Positions 1-9,117 of a stretch of 64,000 nucleotides of DNA are shown here, piece by piece; the stretch's first letter is position 1; every line of letters starts with the position of its first letter. Origin of the DNA: Alphaproteobacteria bacterium (GTDB lineage: Bacteria > Pseudomonadota > Alphaproteobacteria > SP197); contig OZ219747.1 of NCBI GenBank assembly GCA_964291265.2, positions 160,001 through 224,000 of the forward strand. Direction: 5' to 3'. The position numbers and the translations under genes are program-made. The notes beneath the pieces were generated by a model. It searched no databases, was not told the origin of the DNA, and saw only the letters and a program-made list of their open reading frames with translations.

Positions 1-59
1 TTCCAAGTACATAAGAGGTACTAACGATGAACATGTTACCCCGTATGAGAACCACACCC
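1..59. mobile_element. Right end of a MITE copy, truncated by the window edge; same family as 24274-24609
   Basis: 1-59 matches 24551-24609 at 56/59 positions and ends in the same terminal repeat, TACCCCGTATGAGAACCACACCC. Confidence 0.8.
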
Positions 60-175
60 GGAGGAGGCCTCGCACCGCGGCCGTGCGGACATGGTGGTGC
101 GCCTGGGCGTCAGGTCTTCGTGCTGGAGTTCAAGATGGCCGAGGGCGAGGGGGCCGGCGCCGCGGCGCTGGATCT
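60..175 (+). pseudogene. Fragment of a PD-(D/E)XK nuclease-like C-terminal domain
   Basis: Reads across a frameshift as RADMVVRLG..QVFVLEFKMAEGEG..AALD, resembling the D..EFK signature; no start, interrupted by the MITE end. Confidence 0.45.
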
Positions 176-339
176 TTCAATCACCCACGCGTGTATAGGG
201 ATGTTACTCCCGCCTTCTCTCACCGAGTGCTTCGCGCCGCCTTCTTGCGCCAAGTGCGGTAACTGCCCAGGTCTGATTTTGCCGAGTCCTGACGGGAGGT
301 GGATTGATGGCTGCGGTCTGATGACGCCGAGGAGGGATG

Positions 340-1882
340 TCAGAAGCGCAGTTTCGGGATCAGCTATATGGGATCGGGGTGGGCCAGTGTTTCGAGGACA
401 TTCCAGCCCTGTTTTCGGGCGATGGAGATGACGGATCGCAGCTTGGCGAAGTCGCTCAGCGCCCTGCATGGATCGGAAGCCGCCCGAGATTTTCTGGCGC
501 AGCTTGCTCATGCGGAAGTCTTGCTCGGCCTGGTTGTTGGAGAACGGGACTTGCGGGTTGGTGAGGAAGCGCAGGCAGCCGTCCTTGTGCTTCTGAAGGC
601 GGAGCGCGAGGTTGTGGCCGATGCGGCGTTTTCGTCGTCCGCGCTTTCCGGGCTGGAGCGGCGGCCTCTGTTCGTGGGAAGCGATGGCCTGCTCGAGGAT
701 CCTGTCCCAGGCTTGCGAGATGCGGGCGAGGAGTGAAGCGGGGATGTCGCGGTCGTTCTTGCGGGCGAAGCGGGCGGCTCTGTTGGCACGGATGAGGAGC
801 CTGTGCATGGCGGTGGCCCAGTCTTCCTTCTCGATCTCGATCAGAGCCTGGAGTTCGCGCGAGCGATGGGCGTTGCAGGCACCGTGGCGCACGCCCTCGA
901 GAGTGAAGTAAGTGGCCAAGTCGTCATGGATGACGATGCCGTTGAGCGTCTCGTCGATGTGTTTGCGCCCGGTGGCGAGGCGCAGGATGGTGAGCAAGGG
1001 GGTGCACAGCACATGGAGCCAGTGGGTCTGGCCGTTGATGCGGATACCGGTCTCGTCGAGGTGTTTGACCGGGGCTTGGGTGCGGATGATCTCTGCGACA
1101 TGATCGAGGAAGCTCTCGAAGCGCCGGGCGGTGCGCCTGCCCATGGCGGCGATGGTGGCGGTTGAGATCCTGACCGCGAAGAGGTCGCTCATGACCTCGG
1201 CGACGCGCTTCTCGGGAATGAACTGGGCGTGCAACAGGTAGGTCACCCAGGCGGTGATGCGCGGCCCGTACTGGACCGGGGCGCTCACGCCGTGCGGGAA
1301 GGCGGCTGTTGTCACAGCGCCGCAGGCGGCGCAGAGACAGCGATGGGCGCGATGTTCGGTGACCTCGAGGGGCTGCGGCTCGGGCATGTCGAAGACCTGC
1401 CGACAGACGGGTTCTGCGTGACGGTCATCATCCGACAGCGGCGCGCCGCAGCCCTTACAGGCAGACGGAGCATGATCGACGACGTGGTCCGGGTTCTCGG
1501 CCTGCTTCAGGGTGACTCCCTCGTGGCCGCGCTGACCGCCACTGGGCCTGTCGGACTTGCCGCGCTGGCTCCGGGTGCGCTTCTGTCGGTTTCCGCTCTT
1601 CTTCTTCGGACCGTCGCTGGCCGGTGGCTTGGAGCTGGTGGAGCTGTCGAGCGCGGCGCTGCGCTCGAGTGCATCAATCCGTTCGCGCAAGCCGGTGTTC
1701 TCCCGCTCCAGCGCCTCGATCTCCCCGACCAGCGCCTCACTCAGGCGCAACATCCCCTGGCCCCAATCCCGGAGGGCCTTGACGGCAGTCACGGCGAAGG
1801 AGTGTGGACTGAACAGGTCCTGAAGGCACGTGAAAGCCTCGTCATGGGCGGCGATGTCCTCGCGCCAGCGCGAGACGGTCAC
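340..1882 (-). pseudogene. IS66 transposase (TnpC) with a frameshift near its C-terminus
   Basis: Coiled coil, DSSTSSKPPASD, CxxC zinc ribbon, HLDETG, CNAH, SNNQAEQDFR. An extra base near 456 moves the canonical tail DFAKLRSVISIARKQGWNVLE out of frame. GTG start at 1882 overlaps the MTase stop. Confidence 0.85.
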
Positions 1883-2547
1883 GAACCCTCCCCGGCCTCG
1901 ACGGCCATGATCGCCGCCAGCACGGCCAGACGTTCCCCCGGCGGCATGGCCTCGTAGCGCCGCCCCCAGTTGGCCGCCTTGCGCTTGATGCACTGGCGGG
2001 CGGTGAAGTTCCGCCCCGCGTAGCGCGACCAGTGCACCCGGTCGGGAGCAAAGTTGAACCATACCACCTCGGTCCGCACCTGGGCCTGGGTCGTCACCTG
2101 TAGCGCCACCCGGCGCCAGCCCGCCAGAAGATCGTCATAGAGCGCAGACGGGTGGCCCGAGACCATCACCTGACAGGGCAGGCCCTTGAGCAGTTCAAGG
2201 AGCGCAACATGGTCCGCCTCCTCGTACTCGAAGCGGTAGCGCTGCGACGAACGCCGCGTCGCGTGCAGATAGGGCGGATCGCTGTAGACCAGCTCCGGAC
2301 CCAGAAACGGGAACGAAGCCAGGAAGGAGTGAGCACAGCCGTGCACCAACTCCACCGGATAAGCGCACTCAAAGGCCTCAAGCGCACGCTCATCACGGTC
2401 AATCCCGATCGAGCGCTCCGACGCAGCTTTGCGCTTCATCAGCGCTCCGCCCCCCAGATGGCTCTCAATGTAGACAGAGTGCGGCGGCATCAGCGCAATC
2501 AGCGCCTGGCACAAACCCGGCGTCGCCTTCGATCCGAAGTACCCCAA
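1879..2547 (-). CDS. DNA adenine methyltransferase (Dam/D12-like, short form)
   Basis: YFGSK N-terminus, motif I-like YIESHLGGGA, catalytic DPPY (LVYSDPPY); TTG start. Confidence 0.85.
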   Translation of the reverse strand: MGYFGSKATPGLCQALIALMPPHSVYIESHLGGGALMKRKAASERSIGIDRDERALEAFECAYPVELVHGCAHSFLASFPFLGPELVYSDPPYLHATRRSSQRYRFEYEEADHVALLELLKGLPCQVMVSGHPSALYDDLLAGWRRVALQVTTQAQVRTEVVWFNFAPDRVHWSRYAGRNFTARQCIKRKAANWGRRYEAMPPGERLAVLAAIMAVEAGEGS

Positions 2548-3129
2548 CGGCCGCCCCCCTCATGACAGAGGGCAACTCATAGGCTCACCGGCCTAGTAAG
2601 TCAAGACGCGCAGAATCAACAAACCGACGACACCAAAACCGCACCCAACGCAACCAACGTCAACACAGACTCAGACCTGGCGGGGTACCTGGGCAGTTAC
2701 CATCTGTTTGGGAAAGTTACTCGGCCATCGACGTCATCCTGCGACGGCTGCGCTCAGCCCGCCTCGCCGATATCCATCTCGGCGAGGCGGCGGAAAAGGT
2801 CGAGAACGTCATCGCGCGGGCGATGAACCTCGGCGCCGGGTCCAGACATGGCGCCTTGCGCTCCCTTCCGGCCACGTGCCGCCATTGGCTTCGGCAACTG
2901 CCCAAGGGGAGGGCAATCTGCGGCACCCGTCTTGCGGACCGTGACCGGCAGGCCCCCCATGAGCCTGAAGTCCTGCCATGCAAGCCCTCGGGCGGCGCGC
3001 CCGGGCCAGGCACCGGCAGTGACCGCTCCCATGCAGCAACGCCACTGTCGGTGGGGTGGCGCACGGAACGGCGGTTGCGTTGCAAGCACCGCGAAGGCCG
3101 GTCATCCGGAAAGGTCAAACCGGGAAAGA

Positions 3130-5133
3130 TCAGCCGATGAAGTCAAAATCGGCCTCGGTGATTTGCGAGGCCTGGATCCCCTCCAGCGTGATCGATCCGC
3201 CATCGTAGGTGATGATCGTGTCGCCGCCCGATTGGACAATGGTGAGATCATCGAAGCTCGCGATCCTAGGCCAGTATACGACGTAGGGGGAGGGGTAGGC
3301 ATGTTGGGTATAATGTGGAGCACTGATGTTGATGATGTCCCGGCCGTCCTGAAAGTCGACGATCGTGTCGTTGCCGCTGCGCTCGTAAGCATCGCCGTTC
3401 CCCATTCCTGTGAGGTCGCGGAGATAGGCGAGCATGTCGTTGCCAGCGTCCGGGAAAGCAGAAAAGATGAACCGATCATTGCCATCGCCGCCCTCAAGGG
3501 TATCGTCGCCGGCGCCGCCATAGAGGACGTCGTCACCATCGCCGCCCTCAAGGGTATCGTCGTCGCCGAAGCCCCAGAGGAAGTCATCGCCGGCGCCGCC
3601 GTACAGCGTGTCGTCGCCGTCGTCGCCCCTCAGGATGTCGTCGCCAGCGCCGCCGTACAGCGTGTCGGCGCCGTCTTCGCCACGGAGGTAGTCGTTGCCA
3701 CGGCCGCCGTTCAGCGTATCGTCGCCAGCGCCGCCGTAGAGAATCTTGTCGCCGTCGCCGCCGCCGTACTTCCCGGTGTCGCCACCATCGAGGGGATTGC
3801 CGCCGTCGTTGCCGTCGTCTCTTGTGCTGGCGCCGTGCACGGCCGCTTCGCTGCCGCCTGCACCGGCCGGCAGGATGAAGTCACCCTCGCCGAGGGAGGT
3901 CGCTGCGATACCGGTCAGCCGGACGGTGTCGCCGCTGTCGCCATAACCGACGACGGCATCGGCCCCGTCCTGCTCGATCCGGAGCGCCGCGAACCCGCCG
4001 GATACGCCGTCGAGGCGAATCCTGTCGTCGCCCCCGAAGTCGGTAATGGTGTCGGCCCCGTCTCCCGCCGCGAACACGAAGGTGTCGCCGCCCTTGCCAC
4101 CGGTGAGCGTGTCGTCGCCCGCCCCGCCGGTGAGCGTATCGGCGCCCCTGGCGCCGCGCAGGGTGTCGTCGCCCTCGCCACCGTCCAGGATGTCGTCGCC
4201 CTTGCCGCCCCCCAGGGTATCGTCACCAGCCCCGCCGTTCAGCGTATCGGCGCCCAGGCCGCCATAGAGACGGTCGTCGCCGGCCCCGCCGGTCAGCGTG
4301 TCGGCGCCCTTGGCGCCGCGCAGGGTGTCGTCGCCCTCGCCACCGTCCAGGATGTCGTCGCCCTTGCCGCCCCCCAGGGTATCGTCACCAGCCCCGCCGT
4401 TCAGCGTATCGGCGCCCAGGCCGCCATAGAGACGGTCGTCGCCGGCCCCGCCGGTCAGCGTGTCGGCGCCCCCGTTGCCACGCAGGGTGTCGTCGCCATC
4501 ACCACCTGTCAGCGTGTCATCGTCCTTGCTGCCCTTCAAGGCGACCCCGTCGCTGCCGCCCGTCTGCGCACTCTCGCCGGGGGGCAGGGTCCTATCCTTG
4601 CCGTCCGGTGGTGCGCCCTGTGCAGGAGCATCCTTGCCGCCTTCCTCCGGCGTGGCTGCCTCGACGGGAAGGAACCGGAAGTCGTCCGCGCCCAGGGAGG
4701 ACGCCGTCACGTACTCCAGCGTGATCGTGTCGCCATCACCGTAGCGGATGACGGCATTGGAGCCTTGCTGCTCGAACACCAAGTCCCCGAAGCCGCCGGA
4801 CACGCCGGCAATCTCGATGATGTCGCCGGCCTCGAAACCTGCAATGCGGTCGGCCCCGTCCCCCACCGTGAAGGCGAAGACATCGGCCCCCAAGTCGCCA
4901 TAGAGGCCATCGTTGCCCCGGCCGCCCGTCAGCCGGTCGTCGCCCTCGCCGCCGAACAGGCGGTCGTTGCCGTCACCCCCCTCGAGCGTGTCGTCACCGT
5001 TGCCGCCATAGAGCGTGTCCCCGCCAGCGCCGCCGGTGAGCGTGTCGTCGCCCTCGCCGCCGTCCAGGATGTCGTTGCCGATACCGCCCGTCAGGGTGTC
5101 ATCTTCGACGCCGCCGGTCCGTTCTATAGCCAT
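3130..5133 (-). CDS. RTX / hemolysin-type Ca2+-binding repeat protein, probable type I secretion substrate
   Basis: Dozens of GGxGxDxLx nonapeptides in three blocks, each closed by a DxIxDF..DxI module; acidic C-terminus ITEADFDFIG; RBS AGGAGG before ATG 5133. Confidence 0.9.
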   Translation of the reverse strand: MAIERTGGVEDDTLTGGIGNDILDGGEGDDTLTGGAGGDTLYGGNGDDTLEGGDGNDRLFGGEGDDRLTGGRGNDGLYGDLGADVFAFTVGDGADRIAGFEAGDIIEIAGVSGGFGDLVFEQQGSNAVIRYGDGDTITLEYVTASSLGADDFRFLPVEAATPEEGGKDAPAQGAPPDGKDRTLPPGESAQTGGSDGVALKGSKDDDTLTGGDGDDTLRGNGGADTLTGGAGDDRLYGGLGADTLNGGAGDDTLGGGKGDDILDGGEGDDTLRGAKGADTLTGGAGDDRLYGGLGADTLNGGAGDDTLGGGKGDDILDGGEGDDTLRGARGADTLTGGAGDDTLTGGKGGDTFVFAAGDGADTITDFGGDDRIRLDGVSGGFAALRIEQDGADAVVGYGDSGDTVRLTGIAATSLGEGDFILPAGAGGSEAAVHGASTRDDGNDGGNPLDGGDTGKYGGGDGDKILYGGAGDDTLNGGRGNDYLRGEDGADTLYGGAGDDILRGDDGDDTLYGGAGDDFLWGFGDDDTLEGGDGDDVLYGGAGDDTLEGGDGNDRFIFSAFPDAGNDMLAYLRDLTGMGNGDAYERSGNDTIVDFQDGRDIINISAPHYTQHAYPSPYVVYWPRIASFDDLTIVQSGGDTIITYDGGSITLEGIQASQITEADFDFIG
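4149..4471. repeat. Tandem duplication with a 162-bp period inside the RTX gene
   Basis: 4149-4309 recurs essentially identically at 4311-4471 (54 aa, six nonapeptides). Confidence 0.85.
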
Positions 5134-5167
5134 GTCAGTACCCTCCTGATTGCAGTCATGAACACAC

Positions 5168-5194
5168 ACTTTACCCCCCCCCCCCCGACGTCAA
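5168..5194 (-). promoter_or_regulatory. Putative sigma70 promoter of the RTX gene with a G13 spacer
   Basis: Minus strand reads TTGACG (5194-5189), TC, G13 (5186-5174), TAAAGT (5173-5168); 15-nt spacer; about 35 nt upstream of the ATG. Confidence 0.6.
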
Positions 5195-6386
5195 GCAAGC
5201 CCTGAGGGCTCTCTTTCCCAGGACCATTCTGTTGTCGCGATCGGCTGCGGACAACCGCGTCAGAGTGGCCGTTCTTGAAGTGGGTGGCACCTTCTCGAGG
5301 TCGGAACCGGCAAATCGACAACGAAATCCGGTCCCGAGTGGACCTCCAGATTAAGCCTACAACGCCCCTCGTCGGACGAAACGAGACAAAAGAATAGCCC
5401 TGCTCTCTTTCCGTTGTCGTCCCGGTGCTCGGCGCAGGCTGATCCCGGGCCGATCATTGCGCATCTCGCCGTGGCCGTGTGCCGGACATGCAGCGCGTCG
5501 TTCGCGGCGCGGTTGATCAGCCTCCGGTGCGAGCGAGGGGACAGCATTCGTGGGTCATGGACAGGGCGTGGCGTGGAGGCTCCCTAAGCCGAAATTCCAG
5601 GGCTGATCAGGCGCAAGTATCTGATATGAATGACATTCGATGGATCCCAGAGGCGTCTGACTGGGTACACTACGGCTTTACGCCGAGGAGTTTGAGTGCT
5701 CTTCTCTGGAGCGGCGTGGGCCGCGTGGTGACCTGAAGGGCCCGGCGCCCGCAAGGTGGAGCGCCACGGTGTTGCGGGTGATGGTGCGCTTCTTGACCTT
5801 TCCGACTTCGCGCCGGGGGCTCGCAGAGCAGGATGGCGGGTGGAGGGGGTCGGTTGAGGAAGGCTTTGATGCACATGGCTACCGTGCATAGGCGCACCAC
5901 AGACATATGTCAAACACAAAGTGCATTCGTACATGGGTACACTGTGAGGCCTGATGAATCCGATGAATAGCGCAAAATCAGCGAGTTGTTGTGAAGATCA
6001 GCAGGAAATCACCTGGAACTTCGGACTAACCAGAATCTTAGGAACAAGCTCCGGCATATTCAGGCCCGTGTCTTCTTCTCCTTGCGATGGGCCCTCTTCC
6101 CGGTCCTGCATGGCCCGAGACAGGAGCCCGGCGCCCTTCCCGGGGGTTTCGCGTTCCGGGCCTCAGCGCTTCGAGGCATGGAAGCCGTCCGGCACGGCAA
6201 CGCTCGCGATGGTCATGTCCGGCTCACCCCTGGAAACCCTGAAGCGTGATGGGCGGCGGCGTGATGTCCTCCCTCGTGACACGCCGTCCGGCCTCGCCGG
6301 CCAGGAGGCGGAGGCCGTGAGAAGCGGAACGCGATCACCCCCTGGCCCGGGCCCGTCGCGTGGCACCAAGGAACTGGCAGGCCCGC

Positions 6387-7583
6387 TCACAGCATGGAAC
6401 GGGCGACCCAACGGTGAAAACAGTGCGAAGCGCCTTCAAGGACAGGCGTGAAGACGCCGCCCGCAAATCCCGGCGAGGCGCGCCCCTCCTGCATGCCCTG
6501 GACTGCATGCACGTCCTCCTGGAACACCTCGCGCCAGGATTCCCGGACCGTGGCCCTGAGGTCGGCGTGACCTGGGCCGGCGGCATCCTTGCCGACGTAG
6601 TAGGTGTCCAGGATCTCGCGGCAGCGACCCGGACCGTCGGGCAGCACGCGGACCGCCCAGAAGTGGTCGTAATGGATGCCGAGCATGACGTTGGGATAGA
6701 GCGCGACGTACTCGGCACGGGTCTGCCAGGGCTCCGGCAGACCGGGGAAGCGCGGCAGCTGAAGGCCGTTGCGGTCGGGCTGGTAAACGAGGCTGACCTG
6801 CCCCGAAAAGGTCTCCTCGACGATGTTGAGATGGTCCTCGAGGCGTGAATAGGAATTGAGTCCCGGGTGCACCATGGGCAGATGGTAGGCTTCGCAGAAA
6901 TTCTCGATGGCCAGTTTCCAGTTGGCCTCGAGATCGAAGGTGAGGATCGAGTCCTCGCCACCATGACAGAGCAGCGACTCATCGAAGCAGGACCAGCGTT
7001 CGGCAAGCGGGCCGATGAACTCGGCAAAGGAAAGGGCGTCGCCCGAGAGGTTGATGAAGACCTGGTCGAACCACACCGCGCTTCGCACCTCGTTGAGATG
7101 GAAGCGCTGCCTGTCGAACCCTTCGCATTCGTGTCGGCCCGGTCCACCGATGTGGGGCGTCAGGCGCAGGCTGCCCTCGAGACCGAAAGTCCAGTTGTGG
7201 TAGGGGCAGGTGAGCACCACGCCCGTCTTGCCGGACTTGCCGACGAGCCGCATGCCCCGGTGCGGGCAGACGTTGTGGAAGACGCGAACCTGGCGATCAT
7301 GGCCGCGCACCACGAAGAGGGGAACTCCGACGAGCTCCAGCGGCATGACATCGCCGGGCTCGGGGACATGGGAGGCGGCCGCCAGGCACACCCAGCTGCG
7401 TGACCACAGGCGGACCCTCTCGCTCTCGAACCACGACTGCGACACGTAGGCCTCCGCCGGAAGCGGCCGTGCCTCTCCATAATCGAGGGTCACGCTGTCG
7501 AGCGCCTGCGGGCTGAAGTCCCGTGCCGAAGGAAAGAAGGATGTCCCGGTCATATAGCGGTCCTCCGCTGGCTCCCCGAACAT
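6387..7583 (-). CDS. Rieske non-heme iron oxygenase alpha subunit (choline/betaine monooxygenase-like)
   Basis: CPHRG..CPYH Rieske motif; NWKLAIENFCEAYHLPMVH iron site; start may be 7553. Confidence 0.9.
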   Translation of the reverse strand: MFGEPAEDRYMTGTSFFPSARDFSPQALDSVTLDYGEARPLPAEAYVSQSWFESERVRLWSRSWVCLAAASHVPEPGDVMPLELVGVPLFVVRGHDRQVRVFHNVCPHRGMRLVGKSGKTGVVLTCPYHNWTFGLEGSLRLTPHIGGPGRHECEGFDRQRFHLNEVRSAVWFDQVFINLSGDALSFAEFIGPLAERWSCFDESLLCHGGEDSILTFDLEANWKLAIENFCEAYHLPMVHPGLNSYSRLEDHLNIVEETFSGQVSLVYQPDRNGLQLPRFPGLPEPWQTRAEYVALYPNVMLGIHYDHFWAVRVLPDGPGRCREILDTYYVGKDAAGPGHADLRATVRESWREVFQEDVHAVQGMQEGRASPGFAGGVFTPVLEGASHCFHRWVARSML

Positions 7584-7596
7584 ATCGGATCGGCTG

Positions 7597-8823
7597 TCAT
7601 GCCGTCAGTGCCTGATTGACCAGGACCCTGAGCTGCTTGCGAATGGGGTAGCACCCCGAGGGGATGAGCTGGGTCATGAACACCACGGCCATGTCCTCGA
7701 GCGGGTCGACCCAGAAAGCGGTTGACGCCATGCCGCCCCAGGCAAATTCACCCGGCGAGGCCATGACTCCCGCGGCAGCCGGATCGAGCATCACCGACAC
7801 ACCCAGTCCGAAGCCGACGCCGTTGTAGCTCGTTTCGGCAAAGACCTCCTGGCCCATGGCCGCGAGATCGCTGTCATCGGGAAGATGATTCGTCGCCATG
7901 AACTCGACGGTGCGCCGCCCCAGAATGCCTCGCCCTCCCTCCCGGAGCATGTCGGCGAACCTCAGGTAATCGGACATGGTGGAGAGCAGGCCACCGCCTC
8001 CCGAACAGCAGCTGACCGCGGAAGCGAAGCGACTGTCTGCGGTGCCATCGACACGCCTGAAGCGGTTGTCCAGAGTGCGTTCGTAGCACGGCACGAAACG
8101 CTCGACACGATCCTTCGGAAGCTCGAAGAAGGTGTCGACCATGCCCAGGGGCATGAAGATCTCCTCGGCAAGGTAGCGATCGAACCTCTTGCCCGAGATG
8201 ACCTCCACGAGGTAGCCCAGGACATCGATGGAAACGCCATAGGTCCACCGTGCGCCCGGATGATGATCGAGCGGCAGATCGCCGAGGCGGGAGACGACCT
8301 CGCCGAGTGTTCCGGCCCGGGGACCGAAGTCGACCCTCCTTTCCCGGTAGAGTTTCGCCAGGCTGTCGTTGCCGTTGAAGCTGTATGTGAACCCTGACGT
8401 GTGACAGAAGAGATCGCGGACGGTCATCGGCCGCCTTGCCGGCTCGAGGTGCATGCCATAGGAGGTCTCGCCCGTGCGCACGGACATGTCCGCCAGTTGC
8501 GGGATGTAGGCCTCCACCGGATCCTCGAGCTCGAAGAGCCCCTGTTCGTAGAGCCTGAGGGCGGCCACCGCGGTCACCGGCTTGGACATCGAGTAGATGC
8601 GGCAGATGGCATCGGGAAAGATGGCCCGTTCGGCCTCCGCGTCGGCGAGACCGGCGGCTTCCCGATAGACGAGGGCGCCTTCACGCACGACTGCGGTCAT
8701 GGCCCAGGGAAGCTTGCCCTCGTCGACATAGCGCTTCATCCAGTCGCCGACACGGTCAAGTCTCATGGACGAGAGACCCACCGCCTCCGGCTCGGCCCCG
8801 GGAATGTCGGTCATGTCGGTCAC
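7597..8823 (-). CDS. Serine hydrolase, beta-lactamase-related family
   Basis: IYSMSKP (SxxK), LFCHTSG, PGARWTYG, WGG motifs. Confidence 0.88.
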   Translation of the reverse strand: MTDMTDIPGAEPEAVGLSSMRLDRVGDWMKRYVDEGKLPWAMTAVVREGALVYREAAGLADAEAERAIFPDAICRIYSMSKPVTAVAALRLYEQGLFELEDPVEAYIPQLADMSVRTGETSYGMHLEPARRPMTVRDLFCHTSGFTYSFNGNDSLAKLYRERRVDFGPRAGTLGEVVSRLGDLPLDHHPGARWTYGVSIDVLGYLVEVISGKRFDRYLAEEIFMPLGMVDTFFELPKDRVERFVPCYERTLDNRFRRVDGTADSRFASAVSCCSGGGGLLSTMSDYLRFADMLREGGRGILGRRTVEFMATNHLPDDSDLAAMGQEVFAETSYNGVGFGLGVSVMLDPAAAGVMASPGEFAWGGMASTAFWVDPLEDMAVVFMTQLIPSGCYPIRKQLRVLVNQALTA

Positions 8824-8835
8824 TCCTTCTTGATC

Positions 8836-9117
8836 TCAGCAATAGATGGAGACCCCGAACCGGGCCTTCTTCTCAGTCCAGGCGGGAAAATCAAGCACCA
8901 CGATGCCATGGCGCTCGACGAGACGATCGACGCCGCCACGCACCTTCTCGTGATATTGCGGCAGAACGCCGGGATAGAACTCCGTGCGGATTTCGTCTCG
9001 ATCGAAGGTCAGGCGCTCGATCACCGCGGCGATGCCCGCAGGACTCATGACGGTGATCAGGCGCGAGGCGCCATGGCTGAATCCCCTGAGCCCGAAGAGT
9101 GCCGCGTCAGACACCAT
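8836..9117 (-). CDS. Small hypothetical protein
   Basis: ATG 9117 overlaps the prfC end; the 93-aa ORF fills the gap between co-oriented genes. Confidence 0.5.
   Translation of the reverse strand: MVSDAALFGLRGFSHGASRLITVMSPAGIAAVIERLTFDRDEIRTEFYPGVLPQYHEKVRGGVDRLVERHGIVVLDFPAWTEKKARFGVSIYC

Larger units (their letters stand above)
259..2700 (-). mobile_element. IS66-family element (no tnpA/tnpB) carrying a DNA methyltransferase
   Basis: Perfect 14-bp terminal IR GTAACTGCCCAGGT at 259-272 and 2687-2700, enclosing the transposase and MTase. The 8-bp flanks differ (CAAGTGCG vs CATCTGTT), so no target duplication. Confidence 0.88.

Noticed and set aside
2701-2790. Possible fructosamine-kinase-like C-terminal remnant after the IS66
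   Set aside because: Needs an assumed frameshift and spans under 20 residues; product not assignable
2848-5205. 785-aa plus-strand ORF and other long antisense ORFs (8984-10798, 29084-31243, 61794-63620)
   Set aside because: Shadow frames opposite well-supported genes in high-GC DNA, with no motifs of their own
5680-5830. Possible tyrosine recombinase scrap (KKRTITRNTVALHLAGAG)
   Set aside because: Only a vague resemblance, with no intact HxxR motif; needs a TBLASTN or HMM search
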